From positions 8,811 through 72,810 of the forward strand of contig WXFD01000024.1 of NCBI GenBank assembly GCA_009877105.1: 64,000 bases of DNA, given 5' to 3'. This document shows, in pieces, positions 1 through 9,886 of this stretch (its first letter is position 1; each line of letters begins with the position of its first letter). The notes below the pieces were generated by a model. That model made no database searches. It saw nothing but the letters and a program-made list of their open reading frames with translations, and had not been told where the DNA came from. Position numbers and translations under genes: made by a program. This DNA comes from Bacteroidales bacterium. Lineage in GTDB: Bacteria; Bacteroidota; Bacteroidia; Bacteroidales; VadinHA17.

Positions 1-1197
1 GTGTTGGTTTCGGGCAAATCGCCGGGTACGACATTCTTCCGCAACGTTTCAGCAACGTCCGACAACACCGGGTATGGCATAGTTGTCACCTGGCAATCGC
101 AGGGTACTGATGATTTACGGGGTGTCAGGATTTACAGGAGCGATTCATATGACGGTAAGCCATATGATCTGGTTGCGAACCTTCCACCTTCCGACAGCAG
201 CTACACTGACCGGGAAGTAAAACCTGATCAGACCACTTACTATTATCTCGAGTCTGTAAGTGATGTCGGTGATCCACCCCGGAGGAGTGGTATCGTTTTC
301 GGTTCTGCCCTAGACAGGCTTCAACCGGTATTTCCTTCTGTCAGTCGCGGTGAAGAGGTACCTGGCGGCGTGGCTATAAAGGTGACCTCGGGCGAGCCTA
401 ATCTGGCAGGTGTCCGTATTTATCGCAGTGACGGCATAACTTCTTCGATGTATCCCATCACCGGCATCTTGGAACTGACGGATAATGAGGTGGTTTATAT
501 TGATACCAGCAGCTACCTCAGCGGTGACCAAAGCTACCTCTATGCTGCTACAACAGTAAATACCAGTTCCGTAGAAAGTATTTTTTCAGACACTCTCATC
601 ATTCATCCTTCCATCAGAACTATTCCACCTTCACCTAACCAGCTGACAGCAGCGGAGGAGGATGGCGGAGTCTCATTGGTCTGGGAGGATGTAAAAGTCA
701 GGAACAGGGCCACACGGGGCTATCATGTTTACCGGCGCGAGCTGCCCGGTGGTCAGTTTACAAGCCTGTTGCCGGGCGAGAGTGCAGTGGACATACCATT
801 CTACACTGACAAGACCGTCTTACCCGGGAAAAGCTACGAGTATGCTGTTCAGACAGTTGATGATCTGGGTGGCGTGAGCGAATCCATGGCTGTTATCACG
901 CTAACAGTAAAGGAGTTGTTTCTTCCTGTCCCTCCCGGTGTATGGCTCGGCCAGGCCGCTGGAAAGGTTATCGTGCAATGGGCGGAGTCAACCGGTGACA
1001 TTGGCCTTAAGACAAACCTCTACCGTTACCGGCGGGGTGAAAAACCATCGCTCCTGAAGAGCTTCAGTCATGGTGAGCGAAGATACGAGGACGGGATCGT
1101 GAAGAAAGGGGAGTTATGGTTCTATTTCACCACTTTCACCAACGGAGAGGGCAGGGAAGGCGCCCGTTCGCCGGAAGCGGGTATCAGGGTGGAATGA
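1..1197 (+). CDS. Fibronectin type III repeat protein, probably 5'-partial
   Basis: Repeated FN3-like units (VTW...GVRIYRS...YTD...YYY; PPSPNQLTA...LVW...GYHVYRR...YEYAVQTVD); ORF open from the window edge. Confidence 0.75.
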   Translation: MLVSGKSPGTTFFRNVSATSDNTGYGIVVTWQSQGTDDLRGVRIYRSDSYDGKPYDLVANLPPSDSSYTDREVKPDQTTYYYLESVSDVGDPPRRSGIVFGSALDRLQPVFPSVSRGEEVPGGVAIKVTSGEPNLAGVRIYRSDGITSSMYPITGILELTDNEVVYIDTSSYLSGDQSYLYAATTVNTSSVESIFSDTLIIHPSIRTIPPSPNQLTAAEEDGGVSLVWEDVKVRNRATRGYHVYRRELPGGQFTSLLPGESAVDIPFYTDKTVLPGKSYEYAVQTVDDLGGVSESMAVITLTVKELFLPVPPGVWLGQAAGKVIVQWAESTGDIGLKTNLYRYRRGEKPSLLKSFSHGERRYEDGIVKKGELWFYFTTFTNGEGREGARSPEAGIRVE

Positions 1198-1532
1198 CAC
1201 TGCAGTCAGTCAGAATCAAAACAACCCGACAGCGGCAATATCAATAAATCTGGGACTTGTCGAGCCGCAGCCTGCTATACGGAAGAACCGGGAAGGAGGG
1301 GAGTACGGGATTTTAATGTGTGCATCCGTATCAGCAGCACATGGTTTATCATATATAAATTATTGAGTGGCCGGTGTTCCGGGAATACAAAAAAACTGTT
1401 ATTTTGTAGTGCATTTTCACCAGTTATATTGTCTGCGCGGGTAGCCGGGCAGGTTGTATCATTTCGCAGCACGATTTTTGCTCAAACCTTATTCATTATT
1501 AGTATTTCGTAAATCTTTAATTCAATCCGTTT

Positions 1533-2219
1533 ATGAAAAAAATTCTGGTATTCACAGTGCTTATTTGTTTTATGGCTGCCGCACACGGCCAGGAAACCTT
1601 CTTCCCCACAAAAGAAGGAACAGTTTTGGTTTATAAGACGTTTGATAAAAAATCAAAGGAAACAGGTTCCATCAGGTATACCATTGAGAAAGTGAGCATC
1701 AGCGGCAATGATATGGATATTTCCTATCTGGTTGAATCTTCTGACTCCCGTGGAGCCTCTCTTTACAAGGATAAAATCACAATTCAGCAGAGAGACGGCA
1801 GGTTGTACATGGATATGAGCAATATGGTCAACAAGGCTGCTTTCCAGCAGGACGGAGAAATCCCAGCAGAACTTGAGATAACAGGGAATAAAATGGAAAT
1901 TCCGGTCGGTATTCAGCCCGGGCAGACGCTTCCCGATGCTTCAGTGGTCATGGCAATGAAGATGGGATTTGTCAGCATGAAGATGGCCGCCGACATAACA
2001 AACAGGAAAGTGGATGCAATTGAGGATGTTACCGTACCTGCCGGTACTTTTAAATGTTATAAGCTTTCAGGTGATGTCAGTGCCACGGTTATGGGGATGA
2101 ATGTTAAGACCAGTAACCTTGACTGGTATGCGAAGGGCATAGGGCTGATCAGGTCAGAATCCTATGACAAGAGTAACAAGCTGCAGTCCTTCATCCAATT
2201 GACAGAGCTAAGGAAATGA
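1533..2219 (+). CDS. Secreted DUF3108-like/TapB-like protein
   Basis: Signal peptide MKKILVFTVLICFMAAAHG; VTVPAGTFKC and WYAKGIGLIRSE motifs. Confidence 0.6.
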   Translation: MKKILVFTVLICFMAAAHGQETFFPTKEGTVLVYKTFDKKSKETGSIRYTIEKVSISGNDMDISYLVESSDSRGASLYKDKITIQQRDGRLYMDMSNMVNKAAFQQDGEIPAELEITGNKMEIPVGIQPGQTLPDASVVMAMKMGFVSMKMAADITNRKVDAIEDVTVPAGTFKCYKLSGDVSATVMGMNVKTSNLDWYAKGIGLIRSESYDKSNKLQSFIQLTELRK

Positions 2220-2222
2220 ATA

Positions 2223-5180
2223 TCAGGGTTTGTCTGTGATAGAATCATAAACTGCCTGCAGGATATTGGTCCTGATATTGTTTTCAGATATTTTGTTGTT
2301 GTTTCGTGTCGGATAGACCCGGTTGGCAAGAAAAACATAACTTATTTCATGAACCGGGTCTATCCAGACAAAGGGACCGGTATATCCCGAGTGTCCGAAG
2401 CTTTCGGGTGATGCTCCCCTGGTGGGATAAGTTTCTTCCTGCGGAAGTTCTGCATTATTCAGGAAAGGTTTGTCAAATCCCAGTCCTCTCCTGTTATCGT
2501 TTTCCGGGAATTGCACCCTCGTATACTCCCTGAGAACATCTTCTGCTATTATCTGTTCTCCTCCGTACCGTCCCATTCTCCTGAATAGTTCCATCAGCTT
2601 CATCAGGTCGCCCGCCGTGGCAAATAACCCGGCATGCCCCGATATCCCGCCCTGAAGCGATGCTGCTTCATCATGAACAGTTCCCAGCAGCTGCTGTTTC
2701 CTGAAGACAGAGTCATATTCAGTTGGAATAATCCTCTCAGGCGGATATTTCAGATACGGATTGAACACGATATCATAGGCCCCAAGCTTATGGTAAATAT
2801 TCTTTTCAACAAACTCATTCCATTTTTCCCCGGTAAGATGTTCAATGATCTGCGGAGAAATAATAAATGTCAGGTCAGAGTATACATACTTTTTTTCTCC
2901 CAGCGGGCTCTTTTTTATTTCTGCGAACATTTTGTGCCTGAAATTTTCATTTATATAAAGGTTATCGGCAACCTTAAGCGGGAATCTTGAAGAATACTCA
3001 TGCCTTATTATGCTCCTTTTATATGTTGAATCGTCTTTCATGGTCTCTTTCCAGAAAAGAATAAAAGGGGTCAGTCCTGCCTGATGTGCCAGGAGCTCCT
3101 TCATGGTCAGGTTTTCCTTGTTCGATCCCCTGAAAAACGGCAGATATTCCCCCAGGGTTTTTTCGGGGGAGAACTGGCCCCGGGTATCAAGTAACATCAG
3201 TCCGGCAAGTGTTGATGATATTTTCGTTACAGAAGCCAGGTCGAAAAGATTATCCTCCATTACGGGTGTCCTGTTCTCATATGTATGATACCCATAAGTT
3301 TTGTGGAATATGACTATTCCCTTTCTGGCGACCATCACCTCGCAGCCGGGGTAGGCCCTGATTGTTAAGCCTGAAGTGGCGATTGAATCGATCCTGGCTG
3401 TCAGTAATTCAGATGATACGCCTGCGTTTTCAGGGAGGCCGTATGCTGTGCGCAGGTTACCGGGTGTCGCCAGCCCAAAGCCTGCGGGCCATTTTGCGTT
3501 TATTGTGACCGGCAGATGTCCCTTTCCGGAAATACCCCCGTAGATAAGCTGGGCCGAAAGGTCTTCCGCAATGCTGTTCTCCTGGTAAGCGAGTATTAAT
3601 CCCGCCGATTTTTGAAGGGCTTCCAGTCTGTCAAGTGCATATGGGTTCCCGAAGTATACAAAGATGGTTTTTGCGCCGTTGACAAGCTTTTCGAGGAAAG
3701 GATTGAGATCGCGGCTGATTCCGAAATTATTGCCGGGTCTTTGATCCGTATTGTATATTCCTGCTATAACAAGATCATATTCTGACAGGCGGCTAATCAG
3801 CTCCTCTGACTGTTCATGATTGGAAGGGTCTGCCGTAAATGCATCGGCTGGATGATAATTCATGAGTCTTGCCTGAAAGGCTGATGTTTTATTCCTGTTT
3901 ATTGCCAGTGTTGCAACCCTGATTTTGTCGAGGTTTTTCACCGGAATCAGTTGTTCTTCGTTATTCAGCACTGTGAGGGAACTGGCATAAAGCTCCCTGA
4001 TAAGGGCTTTGGCGGAAGGATCTGACAGATCGTGTGTGAGGTTTTCTGCCGGTATCTCCCGGAATTTGCCAAGGCCGGCCCAATACTTGGCTGCAAGGAT
4101 CTTCCTGCATTTATTGTCGATATCTCCCCTTGTCATTTCCTTCTTTTCAATAAGTTTCATGGTTTCACTTATTGCAGCCTGAACATCGGTTACGAATTCG
4201 ATCACGTCGTTTCCGGCTGCAAGTGCTTTTGCATCTGCCAGTCCGTTGCTGAAGTAGTTTGTAACCCCCTTCATGTTCATCGCATCGGTAATGACCAGGC
4301 CCCTGAAATTCATCCGTGTTTTTAAAAGGTCGGTTACAATGGGGCGCGACAGTGATGAAGGCAATCCGGGTCTTGGGTCGAGTGCGGGAAGGTTAAGATG
4401 TGCGGTCATGATACAGCCTGCGCCTTCGTTGATGAGGCTCAGGAAAGGGAACAGCTCGATGCTCTCGAGCCTTGTCATGGAATGTGGTATGACCGGCAGG
4501 TCGAGATGAGAGTCGGTTTTTGTATCGCCGTGACCCGGAAAGTGCTTGATGCATGCCAGCACCCCGTTGTCCTGCATTCCTTTCATATACATCATCGACT
4601 TCGAAGTCACATTCACTTTTTCCTCGCCAAACGACCGGTAGTTTATCACCGGGTTGAGCGGATTGTTATTTATGTCGGCCACGGGAGCCAGGTTTACATG
4701 CACACCCATTCTCTTCATCTGCCTGGCAACGGCTTCACCCATCCTGTAAATAAGCAGATCATTTCCAGTAGCGCCCAGAGTCATCTGATAGGGAAATTTA
4801 TCAACATTGTTGAGCCGCATTCCCAGACCCCATTCAGCATCCATTGCAATAAAAAGAGGAACAGCGGAAACACCCTGGTAATAGTTCGTCAGTGCGGCCT
4901 GCTTTTCAGGAGTGCCCTGGAAAAATACAATACCGCCAATCCCGTATTTTTTGATAGTTTCGGTTATTTCAACTTCATGTGCCACATCCCTGTTTGAATA
5001 TCCTGCTACCCAGATGCATTGCGCTATCCGTTGTTCCAGGGTCAGTCCTTTCATAACGGAGTCGACCCAGGGGTGATTCAGATACCTCAGAAAAGGAGGT
5101 TCCTTCGTTTGCGCCGGTGACGAAAGGGTACAGAACATTAAGCTGATTGCGAACAGAGATCTGATTATTGTCTTTTTCAT
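2223..5180 (-). CDS. Secreted GH3 beta-N-acetylglucosaminidase (NagZ-type) fused to a C-terminal beta-lactamase-fold serine hydrolase (AmiE-like)
   Basis: Signal peptide; KHFPGHGDTKTDSH NagZ signature; ITDAM nucleophile; C-terminal SVTK (SxxK), YSD and GHSG motifs. Confidence 0.9.
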   Translation of the reverse strand: MKKTIIRSLFAISLMFCTLSSPAQTKEPPFLRYLNHPWVDSVMKGLTLEQRIAQCIWVAGYSNRDVAHEVEITETIKKYGIGGIVFFQGTPEKQAALTNYYQGVSAVPLFIAMDAEWGLGMRLNNVDKFPYQMTLGATGNDLLIYRMGEAVARQMKRMGVHVNLAPVADINNNPLNPVINYRSFGEEKVNVTSKSMMYMKGMQDNGVLACIKHFPGHGDTKTDSHLDLPVIPHSMTRLESIELFPFLSLINEGAGCIMTAHLNLPALDPRPGLPSSLSRPIVTDLLKTRMNFRGLVITDAMNMKGVTNYFSNGLADAKALAAGNDVIEFVTDVQAAISETMKLIEKKEMTRGDIDNKCRKILAAKYWAGLGKFREIPAENLTHDLSDPSAKALIRELYASSLTVLNNEEQLIPVKNLDKIRVATLAINRNKTSAFQARLMNYHPADAFTADPSNHEQSEELISRLSEYDLVIAGIYNTDQRPGNNFGISRDLNPFLEKLVNGAKTIFVYFGNPYALDRLEALQKSAGLILAYQENSIAEDLSAQLIYGGISGKGHLPVTINAKWPAGFGLATPGNLRTAYGLPENAGVSSELLTARIDSIATSGLTIRAYPGCEVMVARKGIVIFHKTYGYHTYENRTPVMEDNLFDLASVTKISSTLAGLMLLDTRGQFSPEKTLGEYLPFFRGSNKENLTMKELLAHQAGLTPFILFWKETMKDDSTYKRSIIRHEYSSRFPLKVADNLYINENFRHKMFAEIKKSPLGEKKYVYSDLTFIISPQIIEHLTGEKWNEFVEKNIYHKLGAYDIVFNPYLKYPPERIIPTEYDSVFRKQQLLGTVHDEAASLQGGISGHAGLFATAGDLMKLMELFRRMGRYGGEQIIAEDVLREYTRVQFPENDNRRGLGFDKPFLNNAELPQEETYPTRGASPESFGHSGYTGPFVWIDPVHEISYVFLANRVYPTRNNNKISENNIRTNILQAVYDSITDKP

Positions 5181-5227
5181 GGAGTTTGAAACTTATACTG
5201 ATCGTGGATAATTATTATAAATGAACT

Positions 5228-5235
5228 CAAATGTA
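5228..5235 (-). promoter_or_regulatory. Bacteroidota -7 promoter element (TACATTTG) for the GH3 fusion gene
   Basis: Matches TAnnTTTG, 47 nt upstream of the start codon. Confidence 0.6.
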
Positions 5236-5372
5236 CAAATTTTTATCACCCCTGCCACAGGACAAGGGACTGATTGCCCCGGGCGGGAAAAACGTAAATA
5301 AATTCAGACAATCCATTGCATGAGCGGTCAAATTATTAAATTGCAGGGGTTATTTGCAGTTGTATTTCAGAA

Positions 5373-6482
5373 ATGGCAAAGGCAGGAAGACTGATATCCC
5401 TGGATATATTCAGGGGAATTACCATAGCTTTCATGATCATAGTAAACAATCCGGGCAGCTGGAATTATGTTTATCCTCCGCTTAAGCATGCGGAGTGGCA
5501 CGGATGCACTCCAACAGATCTTGTATACCCTTTTTTCCTTTTTATTGTGGGTGTTTCCATCTGGTTTTCGATGAAAAAATATGGTCATGAACTGAACGGA
5601 CCTTCCGTTTTCAGGATATTCAGACGCACTCTTGCCATTTTTGCACTGGGCCTGTTCCTTGCAATATTCCCCTATTTCTCCAGGGATTACTCTACACTCA
5701 GGATAATGGGAGTGCTCCAGAGGATTGCCCTTGCCTATGGATTCGCTGCCCTGATCTGCCTGTCCGTGAACAGGAAATATCTCTGGATCGTTACTGCTGT
5801 CATACTGTTGCTTTACTGGGGGGTCCTTTATTTCTTCGGAAGTTCCGACCCGTACAGTCTTGAAGGCAATTTTGCGATCAAGGTCGATGAGGCTGTCCTT
5901 GGAAAGAGCCATATGTACAGGGGCTACGGGATACCTTTCGAACCTGAGGGCCTGTTGAGCACCATTCCTTCGATCTGTACAGTGATAATTGGGTTTTATG
6001 CCGGTGAGCTTGCAGGGAAAGGACAGGGGGGTACCAAAACGGTGTTGAAACTGCTGCTTATCGGTGTATCCCTTACCGGACTGGGGCTGCTGTGGAACGA
6101 ATTCTTTCCCTTCAACAAGCCGCTTTGGACCAGCTCATATGTTCTCTACTCTTCCGGTATCGCAATGGCCTGCCTGGCTGTTGTGTATTATTTAGCCGAT
6201 GTTCTCAAATGGCAAAAATGGGGTTCATTTTTCAAGGTTTTCGGAACCAACGCTCTTTTTGCATTTTTCATGTCAGGAATTTGGACGAAGCTGATACTTT
6301 ATGTAATTAAAATACCCTCGGGAAACAATACTACAAACCTGTATAACTGGACTTATGAGAAAATTTTCGTACCTGTTGCCGGCAATATGAATGGCAGCCT
6401 GCTTTTCGCCATGACCCAGATGCTTCTTATATGGTTCCTGACACTGTTTCTCTACAGGAAGAAAATATTCATCAGGGTTTAA
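5373..6482 (+). CDS. NagX / heparan-alpha-glucosaminide N-acetyltransferase-like membrane protein
   Basis: RLISLDIFRG, HAEWHG, DLVYPFFLF, GVLQRIA, PEGLLS and NKPLWTSSY motifs; many TM segments. Confidence 0.88.
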   Translation: MAKAGRLISLDIFRGITIAFMIIVNNPGSWNYVYPPLKHAEWHGCTPTDLVYPFFLFIVGVSIWFSMKKYGHELNGPSVFRIFRRTLAIFALGLFLAIFPYFSRDYSTLRIMGVLQRIALAYGFAALICLSVNRKYLWIVTAVILLLYWGVLYFFGSSDPYSLEGNFAIKVDEAVLGKSHMYRGYGIPFEPEGLLSTIPSICTVIIGFYAGELAGKGQGGTKTVLKLLLIGVSLTGLGLLWNEFFPFNKPLWTSSYVLYSSGIAMACLAVVYYLADVLKWQKWGSFFKVFGTNALFAFFMSGIWTKLILYVIKIPSGNNTTNLYNWTYEKIFVPVAGNMNGSLLFAMTQMLLIWFLTLFLYRKKIFIRV

Positions 6483-6520
6483 TTATCCAGCCTGAATACA
6501 AAACTGATAATATTTAAAAA

Positions 6521-7567
6521 ATGGAAGATAATGAGATAATAGGGATAGTTTCTGCCGGATACGAAAAGTTGTTCGGGGCAACCATCTTGAAAGCGGACCC
6601 TCTGCCCAGGTCAGGTTCCGACAGGAGGTATTTCAGGATAGAAACACCGGGAAAAAGTGTTATTGGTACATATAACGCCAACAGGGAAGAAAACGAGGCC
6701 TTTATTGGCTTCTCCGGTCATTTCAGGCAGAAATCTTTACCCGTGCCCGAGATTTTCGGGTATCTTCCCGATGAATATGTTTATTTCCAGCAGGATCTTG
6801 GTGATGACAATCTGTATACATGGCTTCATAAAAAGGCGCCGGAATCGTTGTTTGACGATGAAACCATGACCCTTTACCGTAAAATACTCGATAAGCTCAT
6901 TCTTTTTCAGACCCGGGGGATAGAAGGGCTTGATCTGGAACTATGCTATCCACACAAAAGTTTCGACCGGCAATCGATGATGTGGGACATGAATTATTTT
7001 AAGTATATGTTTCTGAAGCTTCTTGCTGTTCCGTTCAACGAGCGCCGCCTGGAACATGATTTTGATACTCTTGCCGATTACCTGCTTGAAACCGGCCAGG
7101 ATTATTTTCTCTACCGCGATTTTCAGACGGCGAATGTAATGGTTATTGAGGGCGAACCGTGGTTTATCGATTACCAGGGAGGAAGGAAAGGCGCACCGCA
7201 ATATGACGTGGCTTCCCTGTTGTATGATGCAAAAATCCCGATGCCCGACAGCAGCCGCATTGAGCTTCTTGAATATTATATAGGCCGGTTCTGTTCAGGA
7301 TCGGAGGAAGAAAAATACAGGTTCAGGGGACACTACAGCGGCTTCAGCATGATACGCCTTATGCAGGCTCTCGGCGCTTTCGGGTTCAGGGGATTGTATG
7401 AACAAAAACCTACTTTCACCGACAGTATTGTTCCGGGCGTGGGTATCCTGAACCGGATCATCAGTCATGCCGAGGAACATATCAGGCTCCCTGAACTGTT
7501 TGGAACGATCCGGGCCATACCCGGCTCGGGATTATTTAAAAAACTTGCAGAAGCAAGAAAATCATGA
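6521..7567 (+). CDS. APH-family phosphotransferase, AmgK-like anomeric MurNAc/GlcNAc kinase
   Basis: SGSDRRYFR, QDLGD, YRDFQTANVM, IDYQG and YDVASLL motifs; directly upstream of a MurU-like gene. Confidence 0.8.
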   Translation: MEDNEIIGIVSAGYEKLFGATILKADPLPRSGSDRRYFRIETPGKSVIGTYNANREENEAFIGFSGHFRQKSLPVPEIFGYLPDEYVYFQQDLGDDNLYTWLHKKAPESLFDDETMTLYRKILDKLILFQTRGIEGLDLELCYPHKSFDRQSMMWDMNYFKYMFLKLLAVPFNERRLEHDFDTLADYLLETGQDYFLYRDFQTANVMVIEGEPWFIDYQGGRKGAPQYDVASLLYDAKIPMPDSSRIELLEYYIGRFCSGSEEEKYRFRGHYSGFSMIRLMQALGAFGFRGLYEQKPTFTDSIVPGVGILNRIISHAEEHIRLPELFGTIRAIPGSGLFKKLAEARKS

Positions 7568-7574
7568 CCTGCGG

Positions 7575-8291
7575 ATGAAAGCAATGATAATGGCCGCCGG
7601 AAAAGGAACACGGCTCGGGAGGATAACGCAAACCATTCCCAAAGTTCTTGTTGACATAAACGGTAAGAGCCTTCTTCAGAGGGCCGTGGAAACCTGTTCA
7701 CGGTTTGGGTTTGATGATATTATAATAAACGTTCATTACCTGGCCGATCAGGTGGAGGAAGAGATTCAGCGGCTGCGAAGACTTGGGTTCAGATTGTCGG
7801 TTTCTGATGAAAGGGAGAGGCTCCTTGAAAACGGGGGAGGCTTGTTCAAGGCCAGGGATTTTTTCGATAATGATCCTTTCCTTGTATACAATGCCGATAT
7901 CGTGACCGATCTCGATCTCTCTGCACTTCTACGTTACCACCGGGAAAAGAATGGACTTGCAACACTTGCCGTGCGAAAGCGAGAAGGCAGCAGATTTTTC
8001 CTTGTTAACGGCGATGGAATGCTTAAAGGGTGGTGCAATAATGCCACGGGAGAAAAGATACTGGCCGGCGATCCCGGTTCCGCTCCCCTGACCGAAATCG
8101 GCTTCTCATCAATTCAGATCCTTGATCCCGTAATATTCAGTTATATGACCGAGGGGATCTATACCGTAGTCGATCTCTATCTTAAACTGGCACCATTGCA
8201 CAATATTTTTACTTACAGGCACGATTCCGGCTACTGGTTCAATGTAGGCACCCCTGAGAACCTTGAAAAGGTCAGGGAATATCTGGCCTAG
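7575..8291 (+). CDS. Nucleotidyltransferase, MurU-like
   Basis: MKAMIMAAGKGTRL...PKVLV; LLENGGGL; NADI. Start moved from the ORF-track 7467 to ATG 7575. Confidence 0.82.
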   Translation: MKAMIMAAGKGTRLGRITQTIPKVLVDINGKSLLQRAVETCSRFGFDDIIINVHYLADQVEEEIQRLRRLGFRLSVSDERERLLENGGGLFKARDFFDNDPFLVYNADIVTDLDLSALLRYHREKNGLATLAVRKREGSRFFLVNGDGMLKGWCNNATGEKILAGDPGSAPLTEIGFSSIQILDPVIFSYMTEGIYTVVDLYLKLAPLHNIFTYRHDSGYWFNVGTPENLEKVREYLA

Positions 8292-9733
8292 AGCCTCCAG
8301 AACGATTTTGAGAACAATACAAATACAGTGATTATTTCAAGCCTACCTATGATCATCAGGAAGCTCAGGATCAGTTTGACCGGGGATGAAAAAACTCCGT
8401 AATGGAACATGGGCCCGGCTGATCCGAAGCCCGGGCCGGCGTTTCCGAGGGATGTGGCCACGGCGCTTCCTGCAGTTATGAGGTCAATGTTAAGGATTAC
8501 AAGAAGGATTGTGCCAATAATAAAGATGAATACATAAAGTGTTATAAACGAAAGCATTGAAATATTTGCAGTGTCGGAAAGGGGCTTGTTATTGAGTTTT
8601 ATCTGCGTGATGACATTGGGATGGATCAGTTTTGTCATCACATTTCTTATGTTCTTTATAACCACAAGGTGCCTTGCCATTTTTATGCTCCCGGTAGTCG
8701 ATCCGGTACTTGCCCCGGCAAACAGGAGTATAAATAGTATCACGTGTCCTGCCGGGGGCCACAGCAGATAATCGGTGGTGATGTATCCTGTTGTGGTAAT
8801 TATTGAGATGACCTGGAAAAAGCCTTCCCTGAACGCGGGTTCGATTGATCTGGTTGTGTTGGCGACCAGGACTGACATTGCCAGTGTTCCAAAAAACAGT
8901 ACAGTTAGAATATAGAACCACATCTCTTCATCCTGCCTGACTTTCCTGAAGTTGAGCTTCACCAGGTAATAGAAAACCACGAAACTTATGCCCGATAGGA
9001 ACATAAAGATCATAACAATATACTGGCTGTAGGCTGAATATCCTGAAAGGCTTGTGTTTTTGGTTGAAAAACCACCTGTTGCCACGGAACCGAAAGTATG
9101 GCAAATGCTGTCGAACAGGTTCATTTCGCCCAGGCATAAAAGCAGTGTCTCGGTAATAGTCAGACCAAGATAAACGTACAGCAGCCTTAGTCCCACACCC
9201 TGGGTCCGCGGATGGATTTTGCTTTTTAGCGATGATTCCAGATTCATCAGTTGCCCTCCTGTCATCCCGAGCGACGGCATTATGATTATTACCAGCATGA
9301 TTATACCCAGTCCGCCAATCCAGTGTGTAAAGCTTCTCCAGAACAGTATCGAGTAAGGCAGGCCTTCGACATTGGCCACGGCAGTTGATCCCGTAGTTGT
9401 AAAACCCGAAGCGGATTCAAAGAATGCTGCGGGAAAATCATGTATGGCGCCGCTCAGAAGGTACGGAAGGGTACCGAATGATGTCAGGAATATCCATGCA
9501 AGGGTCACTGAAAGAAAGCCTTCCCTCGTCGATATCTTTTCCATCTTTCTTTTTCCTGATAACATGAAGAGTCCTTCTGCCGCGACGATGGATATGAGTG
9601 CTGAGAATATGAACGGACCCGGATTTTCCTTGTAAATGAATGCAACCGGAAGACAGCATAGAAATGCAATTGATTCTATCCGAAGTATGTTCCCAAGGAT
9701 CCGAAGGACCGACGAAGGATTGACAAGTTTCAT
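8288..9733 (-). CDS. trkH: Trk potassium uptake membrane protein
   Basis: Four pore loops (SGFTTTGS, ATGGFS, TTTGY, LGNAGPG); IGRLE near the C-terminus. Confidence 0.93.
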   Translation of the reverse strand: MKLVNPSSVLRILGNILRIESIAFLCCLPVAFIYKENPGPFIFSALISIVAAEGLFMLSGKRKMEKISTREGFLSVTLAWIFLTSFGTLPYLLSGAIHDFPAAFFESASGFTTTGSTAVANVEGLPYSILFWRSFTHWIGGLGIIMLVIIIMPSLGMTGGQLMNLESSLKSKIHPRTQGVGLRLLYVYLGLTITETLLLCLGEMNLFDSICHTFGSVATGGFSTKNTSLSGYSAYSQYIVMIFMFLSGISFVVFYYLVKLNFRKVRQDEEMWFYILTVLFFGTLAMSVLVANTTRSIEPAFREGFFQVISIITTTGYITTDYLLWPPAGHVILFILLFAGASTGSTTGSIKMARHLVVIKNIRNVMTKLIHPNVITQIKLNNKPLSDTANISMLSFITLYVFIFIIGTILLVILNIDLITAGSAVATSLGNAGPGFGSAGPMFHYGVFSSPVKLILSFLMIIGRLEIITVFVLFSKSFWRL

Positions 9734-9853
9734 TTGTGGAAGAAATCAGGGATAAATATAGTCAGAAATAGGATTCAAAGGGAATCCGGTTAATGCGGAA
9801 TTCTCCGAATAAAAGGGATGTGCCTGTTGTTTCGCGATATGGCATATAAATTA

Positions 9854-9861
9854 TATCTTTG
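9854..9861 (+). promoter_or_regulatory. -7 promoter element (TATCTTTG) for the carboxyspermidine operon
   Basis: Exact TAnnTTTG, 25 nt before ATG 9887. Confidence 0.65.
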
Positions 9862-9886
9862 GATCAGACATAAAAACACTGTGCAA

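Noticed and set aside
4398-4997. 199-aa antisense ORF (likewise 5367-5912, 40676-41263 and 54593-55129)
   Set aside because: Shadows of well-supported genes on the opposite strand
7467-7574. Upstream ORF-track starts (also 9818, 40463 and 53784)
   Set aside because: The extensions overlap neighbouring genes or promoters, and family motifs begin at the downstream starts used
9734-9853. Riboswitch upstream of trkH
   Set aside because: Only short hairpins; no recognisable riboswitch consensus
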